In this document: positions 53,124 through 61,710 of the stretch, in pieces
How the letters are laid out: each line of letters begins with the position of its first letter
How positions within the stretch are numbered: position 1 is the stretch's first letter
Assembly: GCA_964406185.1 (NCBI GenBank)
Contig: CAYOQS010000004.1
Span: forward strand, 72,616-136,615
Source: an uncultured Methanosarcinales archaeon
GTDB taxonomy: Archaea > Nanobdellota > Nanobdellia > Woesearchaeales > UBA11576
Reading direction: 5' to 3'
DNA: 64,000 bases
Notes under the pieces: model-generated
What the model was told of the DNA's origin: nothing
The model's input: the letters and a program-made list of their open reading frames with translations, nothing else
Database searches by the model: none
Program-made: the position numbers and the translations under genes

Positions 53124-56084
53124 ATGTCAGAAGAGATTAAACCTACCAAATCAAGAGATGATGAACCTACTATCCCTATAGATGATAAGGATATCGAGAT
53201 ATTGAGAGAGGAGTCTGCAGTGACTGAGGTTGTCGAAGGGCTGCTGCCTAACGAGATCAGGATGGACCTGGTGTCTATCCAGGATTACGTGTCTGCTGGT
53301 CTTGAGAAGTTCATGCGTAAGAATCACGAGACCATTTTCTCAGGTACGTGGTTCCAGAGGAATTTTTCCCTGAGTCCGGAACGTACTATAAGTGACTACG
53401 TTAAAGCTGAGATGCCTCACAAGTCCAGGGCTGATTTTTCTGTGGATGAGACTCTGCTCGCGGGCGAGGTCGCCAAAGAGGTCTACGCCACATTGATGAA
53501 GCCTCGTGACGCTGATGACCGGGCAGCTCTTGATGATCTCGCCACCGGTGTCGGCGGAAACCTGAGCAGCATCGTGGATGATAATGTAAGGCTTTACTTC
53601 GGGACCATGATCGGCGATCCTGCCAGAAGGACGAAGAGGTTCGACAAGCTTGTCGCAGAGCTCGGCAAGGGATCTGTCCAGAACAGGTCTGAAGCTGAAG
53701 AGCAGGATGCAGGTGACAGGCCAAAGGATTCTTTCGATGACAGGATGTCTTTGGCTGTGGCTCCGGCCCTGACTGGCGCGCTTTACAGCTTCATGGAGGC
53801 TTACAGGGAGAGTATCTTCGACGATCAGGGTAATGAGATCGTTACAGGTCCTGAACGGTTCATAGGTGATTACGTGAAGGAATCGTTGGATGTCATCAAA
53901 GGTTTCAGTTTCACTGGGAAAGAGACAGAACGGATCGTTGGAGTCGCTGGTGACATATACAAGCGGAGGCTTATGCCCCGGGATGATGATGACAAGGACG
54001 CATTGAAGGATCTTTCAGAAGGCGTCGGCGGCGACCTTTCCGCTACAGTGGAGATGAACGTATCACATTATCTCTGGAATGATAAGGGACGGGGTTTCGT
54101 GACTTCTGCGTATCGTTCATTGATCGACGAGATGGGCGGCCAGTCCCCTCCGACCAGGTGGAAGAGGTATGCTATGGCAGGACTTGGTGCTGTTGCCATA
54201 GGTATAGCGGGCGGTATTGTAGTTTCAAATGTGGACGGCTGCGAAGGCTGTGATGAGGAAGGCATCGGCACGACTTATGGTGATGTGGTGCCTTTCATAG
54301 AAGATGACGACGATAATGTTGATGCGGCACGTGCCAGCTTTTCATCTGATGCTGGTGCTGCTGAAGTTGACGCAGAGCCTGATGCTGACGGAGACTCTTC
54401 TGCTGCAGGTATGGAACCCTGGCAGTCTTCAGGTCCTTTGACTTATGATGACGGGCTGCTTCCCAAGCTGCCTGGTGGTGCGGTTCCTGACGGTCTGGTT
54501 GTGCAGTTTTATTACGACTCCGCAGGCTTCAGCGACCCGCTGCAGGTCGAAGCTCTGGAGGACAGGCTCATCGAGGTTCTTGAAGAGGCTGAGCAGAGGA
54601 ATGAAGAGGAAGGTGCGGAAGTGCCTGTGCATGGCGTCGTGATCAATGCAACATGCACTTCAAGTGCTGAAGGCCCTCTTGACAGGAGCCTGGAACAGGA
54701 GCCGACCGTGAATCCTGACCCTTACAACATAGAGCTGAGCGGTGAAAGAGGTGGAGTGGTTGTAGCTCGTGTGGCTGATCTGGCGGACCAGTTCGACTAT
54801 GGCGCTATGGAATCAGGCGCGTGGGGTGTCGGTGAGATCGATGCTTTCGGCGAGGGTACAGGCGGGCCGGATGATGACGGTTATGGTCCTGGAAGCGATA
54901 ATCCCAACAGGGCTTGCGTGGTCACGTTTGATGTCAGGGATGACTCTCCTGATGTGAAGAGTGCTGTTGCTGCTATCGACAGAGATGACATCGTCGTCTG
55001 CAGACCTGTTGTCGAGATCGATGGCGTTGTCGAGTGCGACGACGGCTCTGTGATGGACAATGACCTGATGGGTGAGGATTACAGCATGGCAGGCTCTGAA
55101 GATGAGGTTGCTGGTGGTGCAGTCATCGAGACAGAAAATATAGATATCCGCGCTGATGTGCCTGGTGAAAGGGATGATATCCTGGAGTTCAGCAGTCCTG
55201 AGACGCCATCCGGATCGGATGAAGCGGTAGATGCTCTTGAAGAGGGACGTGTTGGTGTGACTGGTGCTGCTGCTGAGCTTGACGGGGATGCCGGATTTGA
55301 TTTTAAAGATGCCGTGTCTAAGGTGCTGCAGGAACATCCTGTTAAAGTCAGGAGGACTGTCGGCACTGATTCTCTTTTTGGGCAGGTAAAGGCATTGCAG
55401 AGCAGGGTCTATTCAGCTTCGGAAGAACTGGAGGATTTTTACGATGCATACGCTGATAATGCGGGTGAGATGTCGCGGCTTCAGGAAGAGCTTGACGATT
55501 ATTCCCTGCCTCCAGGATCGAAGTCTTCTCCGCGGATGTCCTCACCGATGGACGGGTTCGGAAAGTCTGCTGAGAGGTTCGTCGGGGTATATGAGTCGCT
55601 TCGTGAGGAGTATGACTCTCTGGAGTCTGAAGTCAACAGCAGGGGCAGTGATGCTGCCAAGATGATGATGGATGATATCAGGTTCATCATAAGCTCTGAC
55701 AGGCAGCTCCTACAGGGATATGGTGCTGGCAGGGATGATGATTCTTCTGCTGTCACCGAAGGTGATGATCCTGTTCCGTTCAGCATGCTCACGACGCGAA
55801 AAGGCCATAATTACGCTGAAGTGCTCAGGCAGTACGCAAGCCCTGAGGGCGGGACTGTCGCGGGTCTGAGGAGTGACTGCGGTCTTGACGAGGTCCTGCG
55901 AGAGTATGAGAGCAGGCAGGGTGAGAACCTGAGCGGGTTGAGGTCTGCTGCGAAGTCTGCTGTGAGAGAAGATCTTGCCGGACTGGCGCGCGAGCTGAGG
56001 GGGCAGGGCAGGACATATGCTGAGATCGGCGAGAAGCTCGGCGTGCACCGCACTACCGCGAGCAGGTATGTCAACAGAGGTTAA
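53124..56084 (+). CDS. Large acidic protein (986 aa) with internal repeats, one central hydrophobic segment and a C-terminal helix-turn-helix
   Basis: Duplicated ~100-aa N-terminal module (see the finding at 53124-56084). Hydrophobic segment YAMAGLGAVAIGIAGGIVVSNV. About 600 aa of D/E/G/V-rich sequence. The C-terminal GRTYAEIGEKLGVHRTTASRYVNRG is a resolvase/sigma-R4-like HTH. Confidence 0.75.
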   Translation: MSEEIKPTKSRDDEPTIPIDDKDIEILREESAVTEVVEGLLPNEIRMDLVSIQDYVSAGLEKFMRKNHETIFSGTWFQRNFSLSPERTISDYVKAEMPHKSRADFSVDETLLAGEVAKEVYATLMKPRDADDRAALDDLATGVGGNLSSIVDDNVRLYFGTMIGDPARRTKRFDKLVAELGKGSVQNRSEAEEQDAGDRPKDSFDDRMSLAVAPALTGALYSFMEAYRESIFDDQGNEIVTGPERFIGDYVKESLDVIKGFSFTGKETERIVGVAGDIYKRRLMPRDDDDKDALKDLSEGVGGDLSATVEMNVSHYLWNDKGRGFVTSAYRSLIDEMGGQSPPTRWKRYAMAGLGAVAIGIAGGIVVSNVDGCEGCDEEGIGTTYGDVVPFIEDDDDNVDAARASFSSDAGAAEVDAEPDADGDSSAAGMEPWQSSGPLTYDDGLLPKLPGGAVPDGLVVQFYYDSAGFSDPLQVEALEDRLIEVLEEAEQRNEEEGAEVPVHGVVINATCTSSAEGPLDRSLEQEPTVNPDPYNIELSGERGGVVVARVADLADQFDYGAMESGAWGVGEIDAFGEGTGGPDDDGYGPGSDNPNRACVVTFDVRDDSPDVKSAVAAIDRDDIVVCRPVVEIDGVVECDDGSVMDNDLMGEDYSMAGSEDEVAGGAVIETENIDIRADVPGERDDILEFSSPETPSGSDEAVDALEEGRVGVTGAAAELDGDAGFDFKDAVSKVLQEHPVKVRRTVGTDSLFGQVKALQSRVYSASEELEDFYDAYADNAGEMSRLQEELDDYSLPPGSKSSPRMSSPMDGFGKSAERFVGVYESLREEYDSLESEVNSRGSDAAKMMMDDIRFIISSDRQLLQGYGAGRDDDSSAVTEGDDPVPFSMLTTRKGHNYAEVLRQYASPEGGTVAGLRSDCGLDEVLREYESRQGENLSGLRSAAKSAVREDLAGLARELRGQGRTYAEIGEKLGVHRTTASRYVNRG

Positions 56085-56130
56085 AAAAAATATTTTAATA
56101 TTTTTTTAGTGTTTTTTCTTTTCTTTTATC
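56085..56130. terminator. A/T-only palindrome and oligo-T tracts between convergent genes (bidirectional terminator candidate)
   Basis: AAAAAAATATTTTAATATTTTTTT followed by GTTTTTTCTTTTCTTTT. T runs are present on both strands. Confidence 0.4.
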
Positions 56131-58035
56131 TTACCTTATCCTTACAGCGTCGAGGTTTCTGGGCGCTATGGTCTCTACCCTGAACTGCCGGTGTATGGAC
56201 GAAGCAAGGTCGAGGCATCGTGAGTTCTCGCCGTGGTTTATGATGACCTTTTTTGGTCTGGGCTGGCATTTGCTCATGAAGTTCATGAGCTCCCTGCGAT
56301 CAGAATGTCCTGTGATCTCTATCTTGTGTACTTCCATCTTTATGTTCATGACGTCGGGCTTGCCTGACCTGTCTACGCTCATGACTATCTCTTTTTCTCC
56401 TTCGCGTATCCTTTTTCCCAGGGAGCCTTCCGGCTGGTAGCATGAGAACACGAGTGTGTTGTGCGGGTTGTCAGCAAGTGCTTTGAGGTACTCTACTGAC
56501 GGGCCTCCGACGAGCATTCCTGATGTCGCGACTATGAGGCAGCTTCCTGCTTCTTCTATGACTTGTTTTCTTTCTTTTGGGCTTCCCACGCGCTTGAATA
56601 TGGGCGAAAGGAATGGGTTGTTGTCTTTGTGGAATATCTGCTTGCGCACAGAGCTGTTAAGGAACTCGGGATAGGCGGTGTGGATGGCTGTTATGTCCCA
56701 GACCATGCCGTCGATGTAGACTGGTATGGGTTCAAGCTCTCCTTTTCGCACCATCTCTTCTATGAGCAGCATGACTTCCTGTGCCCTTCCTGATCCGAGT
56801 GTGGGCATGAGTATCTTGCCTTTGCGGGCCACCGTGTCCTTTACTATCTTTTTGAGCAGGTCGTCCTGCTCTCTTACCGGCGGTAATGTGTTGTCCCTTC
56901 CGCCGTATGTGGCTTCTATCATAAGTGTCTCTAGACGCGGGAAGCGTGTTTCTGCCGGCTCGAGAAGTCTTGTGCGTGCGTATTTCATGTCTGCTGAGTA
57001 GAGGAGGTTGTGCAGGCCGTTTCCTATGTGCAGGTGCACCATGGAGCTTCCGAGCATGTGTCCTGCGTTGTAGAGCGTTATCCTGACGTCGGGCGTGACG
57101 TCTGTGACCTCATCGTAGTCGAGGGAGACGGTGTGTTTGACCATCTCTTTGACCTCTTCTGATGTGTAGATAGGGTCTTTGCCTTCGCTCCTCATTATCT
57201 TGACCATGTCGAGCTGAAGCAATGACATGATGTCCCTGGTCGGGAGTGTGCAGTAGACAGGTCCCCTGTATCCCATCTTGAACAGCCACGGGACGAGTCC
57301 TGAGTGGTCGAGGTGCGCGTGTGTTATTATTACCGCGTCGAGCTCATCTATCTTGAACTCAGGCACTTCGAGATAGGGGTAAGCTTCAGCATCTGATGCT
57401 ATGTTTATCCCGCAGTCGAGCAGCACTCTTGACTCTGGTGTCTGGAGGAACACTGCTGACCTTCCTACCTGCCGCGCGCCGCCGAGGTACGTGACCCTTA
57501 TCCATTCCTCTTTCTTGCCTCTTATCCAGCCGTCGTATATCCTGTGGCCTGTCTTGTCGAGGAATTTCCTGCGGTAGTCTGAATTTTCGTATAGGACTCC
57601 GCGTATGCTCTCTATGAGCTGTGACCTTATCGCGGGCGATCTCTTGATGAGAGGTACCCACAGTGTCTTCTCTCTTATGGACTTGAGGAGCTCGCCCTGC
57701 TTGCCTATGACCAGGCCGGGCTTGTCTGCGTGTATTATGACCATGGATCTCTGCGCGTCGAAGACTATGTCGCTGAGGCCTGCTTCTTCTGGTATCATGG
57801 AGGATATGGTCTCTTTGGCCTTCTCCATCTCCATGCATATCGCCGGGTCGGGCCTGAGCTCTATGCGTTTCTTTATCTGGTCGACTATCTTCTTTATCGC
57901 TCCTCTGTTGTCGAGGAAGAATTCCTTGTCTTTGGTATAGAGGACTATGTTGGCGCCTTCAAATCCGGCGTCGCTCACCTTCCCTTCAGGAAGCTGTTTC
58001 AGTATCTCTTTAAGTATTGCGCTCAAATTGTTCAC
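56131..58035 (-). CDS. fttA: aCPSF1 / FttA: KH-domain beta-CASP metallo-beta-lactamase ribonuclease
   Basis: N-terminal KH domains, HAHLDHSG (HxHxDH), and the beta-CASP region with the ...INHGE end. 634 aa. Confidence 0.92.
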   Translation of the reverse strand: MNNLSAILKEILKQLPEGKVSDAGFEGANIVLYTKDKEFFLDNRGAIKKIVDQIKKRIELRPDPAICMEMEKAKETISSMIPEEAGLSDIVFDAQRSMVIIHADKPGLVIGKQGELLKSIREKTLWVPLIKRSPAIRSQLIESIRGVLYENSDYRRKFLDKTGHRIYDGWIRGKKEEWIRVTYLGGARQVGRSAVFLQTPESRVLLDCGINIASDAEAYPYLEVPEFKIDELDAVIITHAHLDHSGLVPWLFKMGYRGPVYCTLPTRDIMSLLQLDMVKIMRSEGKDPIYTSEEVKEMVKHTVSLDYDEVTDVTPDVRITLYNAGHMLGSSMVHLHIGNGLHNLLYSADMKYARTRLLEPAETRFPRLETLMIEATYGGRDNTLPPVREQDDLLKKIVKDTVARKGKILMPTLGSGRAQEVMLLIEEMVRKGELEPIPVYIDGMVWDITAIHTAYPEFLNSSVRKQIFHKDNNPFLSPIFKRVGSPKERKQVIEEAGSCLIVATSGMLVGGPSVEYLKALADNPHNTLVFSCYQPEGSLGKRIREGEKEIVMSVDRSGKPDVMNIKMEVHKIEITGHSDRRELMNFMSKCQPRPKKVIINHGENSRCLDLASSIHRQFRVETIAPRNLDAVRIR

Positions 58036-58109
58036 CTTCTGTTAGAATATTTCACCTTATCAGATATTGTATGTGAGTATCATAAAAGATTTAGTTTTAA
58101 AAAAAGAAT

Positions 58110-58763
58110 TTATCCCATTATTCCTGTGGGTACTTTTTTGGTCAGCTCTTTCTTGACCCCTTCCTTTGTTATGATCACCAGGTCAACTCCGTTGCCGGAT
58201 GCTGAGTCTCTCTGTAATGCGGCATTTACGGATTTCAGCGCCAGGTCCTTGCCTTCTTCTACGCTGGCAGATTCCTTGTACAATGTCTCAAGCACGCCGA
58301 AAGCGAAAACGCTTCCTGATCCTGATGCGAGGAAGTCTTCCGCTTCTGACATGGAACCGTCAGGGTATATGTCGTATAGGTGGAATCCTGTCTCGTCCGC
58401 TCCTGCGAATATGAAGTGTGATATTCCTGGTATCGTGCTGAGTTTCCTGATGTTTGAGTAGACCATTCCGGCGAGCAGGTTCGCTGCTTCCTTGACCGGC
58501 ACTTTCTTGCCTGTCCTTAGCCTCTTGAGGCGCAGCTCTGCCTTGATCAGCTTGAGCAGGAGCTGGACGTCTGATACTGTGCCTGCTGTGGTTATTGCCA
58601 TGTAACCTTCTATCTCGAAGATCTTGTCGACCCACTTGTTGGCTATGAGGTTGCCTGCTGTGGCTCTCTTGTCTGCTGCCAGCACTACGCAGTCCTTGCA
58701 TTTGAGGGCTACGGTGGTGGTGCCGGTTTTCATCCTATTATCATCGTCTGCCATGGATAACAC
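58110..58763 (-). CDS. psmB: Proteasome beta subunit
   Basis: Propeptide followed by the catalytic TTTVALKCKDCVVLAADKRAT. 217 aa. Confidence 0.92.
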   Translation of the reverse strand: MLSMADDDNRMKTGTTTVALKCKDCVVLAADKRATAGNLIANKWVDKIFEIEGYMAITTAGTVSDVQLLLKLIKAELRLKRLRTGKKVPVKEAANLLAGMVYSNIRKLSTIPGISHFIFAGADETGFHLYDIYPDGSMSEAEDFLASGSGSVFAFGVLETLYKESASVEEGKDLALKSVNAALQRDSASGNGVDLVIITKEGVKKELTKKVPTGIMG

Positions 58764-58922
58764 CTATAATCTGTAGAACTCCATTTTTATCATATTTGGA
58801 GAATTATATCCCACTAGACAAAACACTAATATTTAAACCTTTCGATTTAGCACCTTTTGATGACAAAAATCGGGCTGTTTTAGAGAGATGTCAAAAAAAT
58901 GTTAAAAAAATGGATGAAAAGA

Positions 58923-60017
58923 TTACTGCCTCTTCTTGAGTATTGTCGCGATCACTATGATGCCTGCTATTATGAGCACCAGGTTTGTCGCGAGCACGAG
59001 CACTATCCATTTGTTGTCGCTCCACCAGCTGTCCTGCGCATATGTGGTCCGAGGGGTGGCTACAGCTGCTGCTGTGGGCCTTACGTATGACTGTGTGGGC
59101 GGTGCTGATACCACTTCGACCTGCTCTTCCTTGGGCTCGGGCTCAGGTTCCGGCTCAGGCTCGGGTTCTGGTTCGGGTTCTGGTTCGGGTTCTGGCTGGT
59201 CTGCTGCGCAGGCGCCTACCTGCAGGTTGAGAGTGTCTTCAAGCGTCTCCCTGCCGTCCCTGTATAGCGCCCGTATCCTTACCGGATACGTGCCAGGGTT
59301 GGTGTCTTCAAGGTCTATCGTGCCTGTGAATTCGTATTCGTTCTCATCATCGTCTATATCCTCTACGAGTTCAAACTCGAGCCGTTTCGTGTATCCGAGC
59401 TCTGCTCCGTCTATTATGAGCTCGACATCCTCATCGTCCTCCCCTGTGTTGATAAGGTGGAGCAGCACGCGTGTAGTGTCCTGGCATGTGACCTGTGATG
59501 GGGTCAGCTCTTTCCTGAGGAATCTTATCTCGTGGTTCTCCTTGTCGACGTCAACGTCGAATTCTATCTGGTCTTCGTGGTCTGTGCTGTTGCCGTCCTC
59601 TCCTCTTACTGTAAGTATCAGCTTGTAGGTCTCGTCTGTCTCCAGCTTTAAGGGTATCTCGAACTCTATCTTGACTGTCTTGTCTCTGCCCGGCCTGAGG
59701 TCGAAATCATCAGACACTTCCTCGAAGTCATCTCCATCGTCGATCTCCTCGAGTATGGCTTCGACCTCTACATCTTCTATCTCTCCCCCTTCGATCTCAT
59801 CGTCGTAGTTGTTGGTGACCTCTACCTTGAGTGTGAGTGTGGAGTCGGGCAGGATGTCTATCGTGCCTCCATCTTCGTCTGCAGACTGCTTGTCATCATT
59901 GACTTCCACTTCTACGTCCGTTATCTCGAGCATGTCCGCTGTCGCTGATGCTGACAGAAGAACAAGGAACAGTGCTGCAAACATGATTGTTGTTGTCTTC
60001 CTCATCTTATGATCCAC
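58923..60017 (-). CDS. Highly acidic secreted protein with C-terminal transmembrane anchor (surface protein, unknown function)
   Basis: Signal peptide MRKTTTIMFAALFLVLLSASATA (probable start ATG 60005). Two beta-sandwich-like D/E-rich repeats. A (PE)11 linker. A C-terminal TM WIVLVLATNLVLIIAGIIVIATI followed by KKRQ. Confidence 0.7.
   Translation of the reverse strand: MDHKMRKTTTIMFAALFLVLLSASATADMLEITDVEVEVNDDKQSADEDGGTIDILPDSTLTLKVEVTNNYDDEIEGGEIEDVEVEAILEEIDDGDDFEEVSDDFDLRPGRDKTVKIEFEIPLKLETDETYKLILTVRGEDGNSTDHEDQIEFDVDVDKENHEIRFLRKELTPSQVTCQDTTRVLLHLINTGEDDEDVELIIDGAELGYTKRLEFELVEDIDDDENEYEFTGTIDLEDTNPGTYPVRIRALYRDGRETLEDTLNLQVGACAADQPEPEPEPEPEPEPEPEPEPEPKEEQVEVVSAPPTQSYVRPTAAAVATPRTTYAQDSWWSDNKWIVLVLATNLVLIIAGIIVIATILKKRQ
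59134..59196. repeat. Hexanucleotide microsatellite (GGYTCN)n encoding the (PE)n linker
   Basis: ggctcgggctcaggttccggctcaggctcgggttctggttcgggttctggttcgggttctggc. Confidence 0.85.
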
Positions 60018-60219
60018 CCCGTCTGTTGTAAGTATAATGGTGTGCTGTGTCTTTTTTTTCAGCTTATTGAGTAGAAGGAATCACTGTGAGCCCCCTACAG
60101 TTCACCGCTTTTTTTCGCCAGTAAGGGATGAAATCGCAGCCAAAATATAAATAAGTTGTGTAGTCATAACCAGGTTACGAAATGATGTGTTTTTAAGCTT
60201 TAAGAAAGAGCATATATCA

Positions 60220-61674
60220 TCAGTAGCTCTTCGCCACGTAGATGTTCATCTTCGCTTCTTTTCCGCAGCGTATGCATTTTGCTCCGGTCACGACGGGTAT
60301 GTCAAAAGGGCTGTTGAGTGTCTTGGCCCCGCCGGTCTCTTCTTTCATCCAGTCTTCGCACTCTTCGTCGTCGCAGTACGGCACAAGTGCCATCTTCTTG
60401 TTGTTGACAGCGTCCTTCAGCTCTTCCATGCTCTTCGGCCTGACAACTGCTCCCCTGAAGTTCTCTTCTGACTTCCTGTACAGCTCTGCGTGGAGGTCTG
60501 CGAGTATAGCTCTTGTCGTGTCGGTTATGTCTGTGGTCTTCACGAAGTCCTTCTTTCCTGTATCCCTTCTGACGAGCACTGCCTGGTCTGCTGCGAGGTC
60601 TTTGGGTCCGACCTCTATCCTGACCGGGACTCCTTTGAGCTCCCATTCGTTGAACTTCCATCCGGGTGTGTAGTTCTCCCTGTCATCGACCTTGACCCTG
60701 AACTCTTTGGAAAGCTCGGATGCTATCTGGTCGCATTTGGTGAGTATGTCCTTGTTGTCTCCCGTCCTTAGTATTGGTATGATGACTGCCTGTATCGGAG
60801 CTATGGGCGGCGGGAGTACCAGGCCCTTGTTGTCGCCGTGCATCATGATCATCACGCCGAGCATCCTTGTGGTTATCGCCCATGTGTTCTGCCATGCGTA
60901 CTGCTCCCTGTCATCAGGGTCCTTGAACTTGATGCCGTATGCTTTGGCAAAGTTCTGCCCGTCGTGGTGGAAGTCAGGCCCCTGTATCGCCTTGCCTATG
61001 GGCAGGAATGACTCTATAGAGCAGGTGTATACCGCTCCTGCGAACTTCTCTTTCTGTGACTTGTAGCCTGGACTGCCGTATATGGCCATGACTTCCTTGA
61101 GCACTTCAAGGTACATGTCGATTATCTGTTCCCTTTCCGCTTCTGCCTCTTCCTTTGTGGCAAAGACCGTGTGCCCTTCGTTCCAGAGGAACTCTCGCGT
61201 CCTGAGGAACGGCACTGCGTGCTTGAACTCCCACCTGACTACGTTGTTCCATTGGTTTATCCGCAATGGGAGGTCTCTCCATGACCTTATCCATTCCGCG
61301 TATGCCGGGTACATTATGGTCTCTGAGGTGGGCCTGACTGCCAGTCTCTCGTCGAGCTTTGTCTCGCCGGCGTGCGTGACCCATGCTACTTCAGGTGCAA
61401 AGCCTTGGACGTGCTCTGCCTCTCTTGAAAGGTGCTTCTCTGGTATGAACAACGGGAAGTATGCGTTCCTGACTCCTATCTTCTTGAGTCTCTTGTCGAC
61501 CTCTTTCTGGACAACTTCCCACATGAAGTATGAGTCTGGCTTGAATATTATGCATCCTGACACGTCTGTGTATGACATGAGGTCTGCTTTCTGTATGACT
61601 TCGGTGTACCACCTGGATACGTCCTCTTCCTTCTTGACCGTCATGCCTTTGCTGTCTTTCTCGTCTGGTGCCAT
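60220..61674 (-). CDS. proS: Prolyl-tRNA synthetase (archaeal/eukaryotic type)
   Basis: RWYTEVIQKADL, class II motifs (FRxE-like WEFKHAVPFLRTREFLWNEGHT), and a C-terminal Zn-binding domain ending in Y. 484 aa. Confidence 0.93.
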   Translation of the reverse strand: MAPDEKDSKGMTVKKEEDVSRWYTEVIQKADLMSYTDVSGCIIFKPDSYFMWEVVQKEVDKRLKKIGVRNAYFPLFIPEKHLSREAEHVQGFAPEVAWVTHAGETKLDERLAVRPTSETIMYPAYAEWIRSWRDLPLRINQWNNVVRWEFKHAVPFLRTREFLWNEGHTVFATKEEAEAEREQIIDMYLEVLKEVMAIYGSPGYKSQKEKFAGAVYTCSIESFLPIGKAIQGPDFHHDGQNFAKAYGIKFKDPDDREQYAWQNTWAITTRMLGVMIMMHGDNKGLVLPPPIAPIQAVIIPILRTGDNKDILTKCDQIASELSKEFRVKVDDRENYTPGWKFNEWELKGVPVRIEVGPKDLAADQAVLVRRDTGKKDFVKTTDITDTTRAILADLHAELYRKSEENFRGAVVRPKSMEELKDAVNNKKMALVPYCDDEECEDWMKEETGGAKTLNSPFDIPVVTGAKCIRCGKEAKMNIYVAKSY

Positions 61675-61710
61675 TTTAGTGCATCGTCTGATTTCGGAGT
61701 ATTTATATTT

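Noticed and set aside
57730-58461. 243-aa plus-strand ORF spanning the aCPSF1 5' end, the spacer and the psmB 3' end. Similar cases are 12766..13314, 36221..36859, 41179..41670, 54813..55337 and 58936..59628.
   Set aside because: All are antisense to, or bridge, confidently identified genes. They have low-complexity or skewed composition and no motifs.
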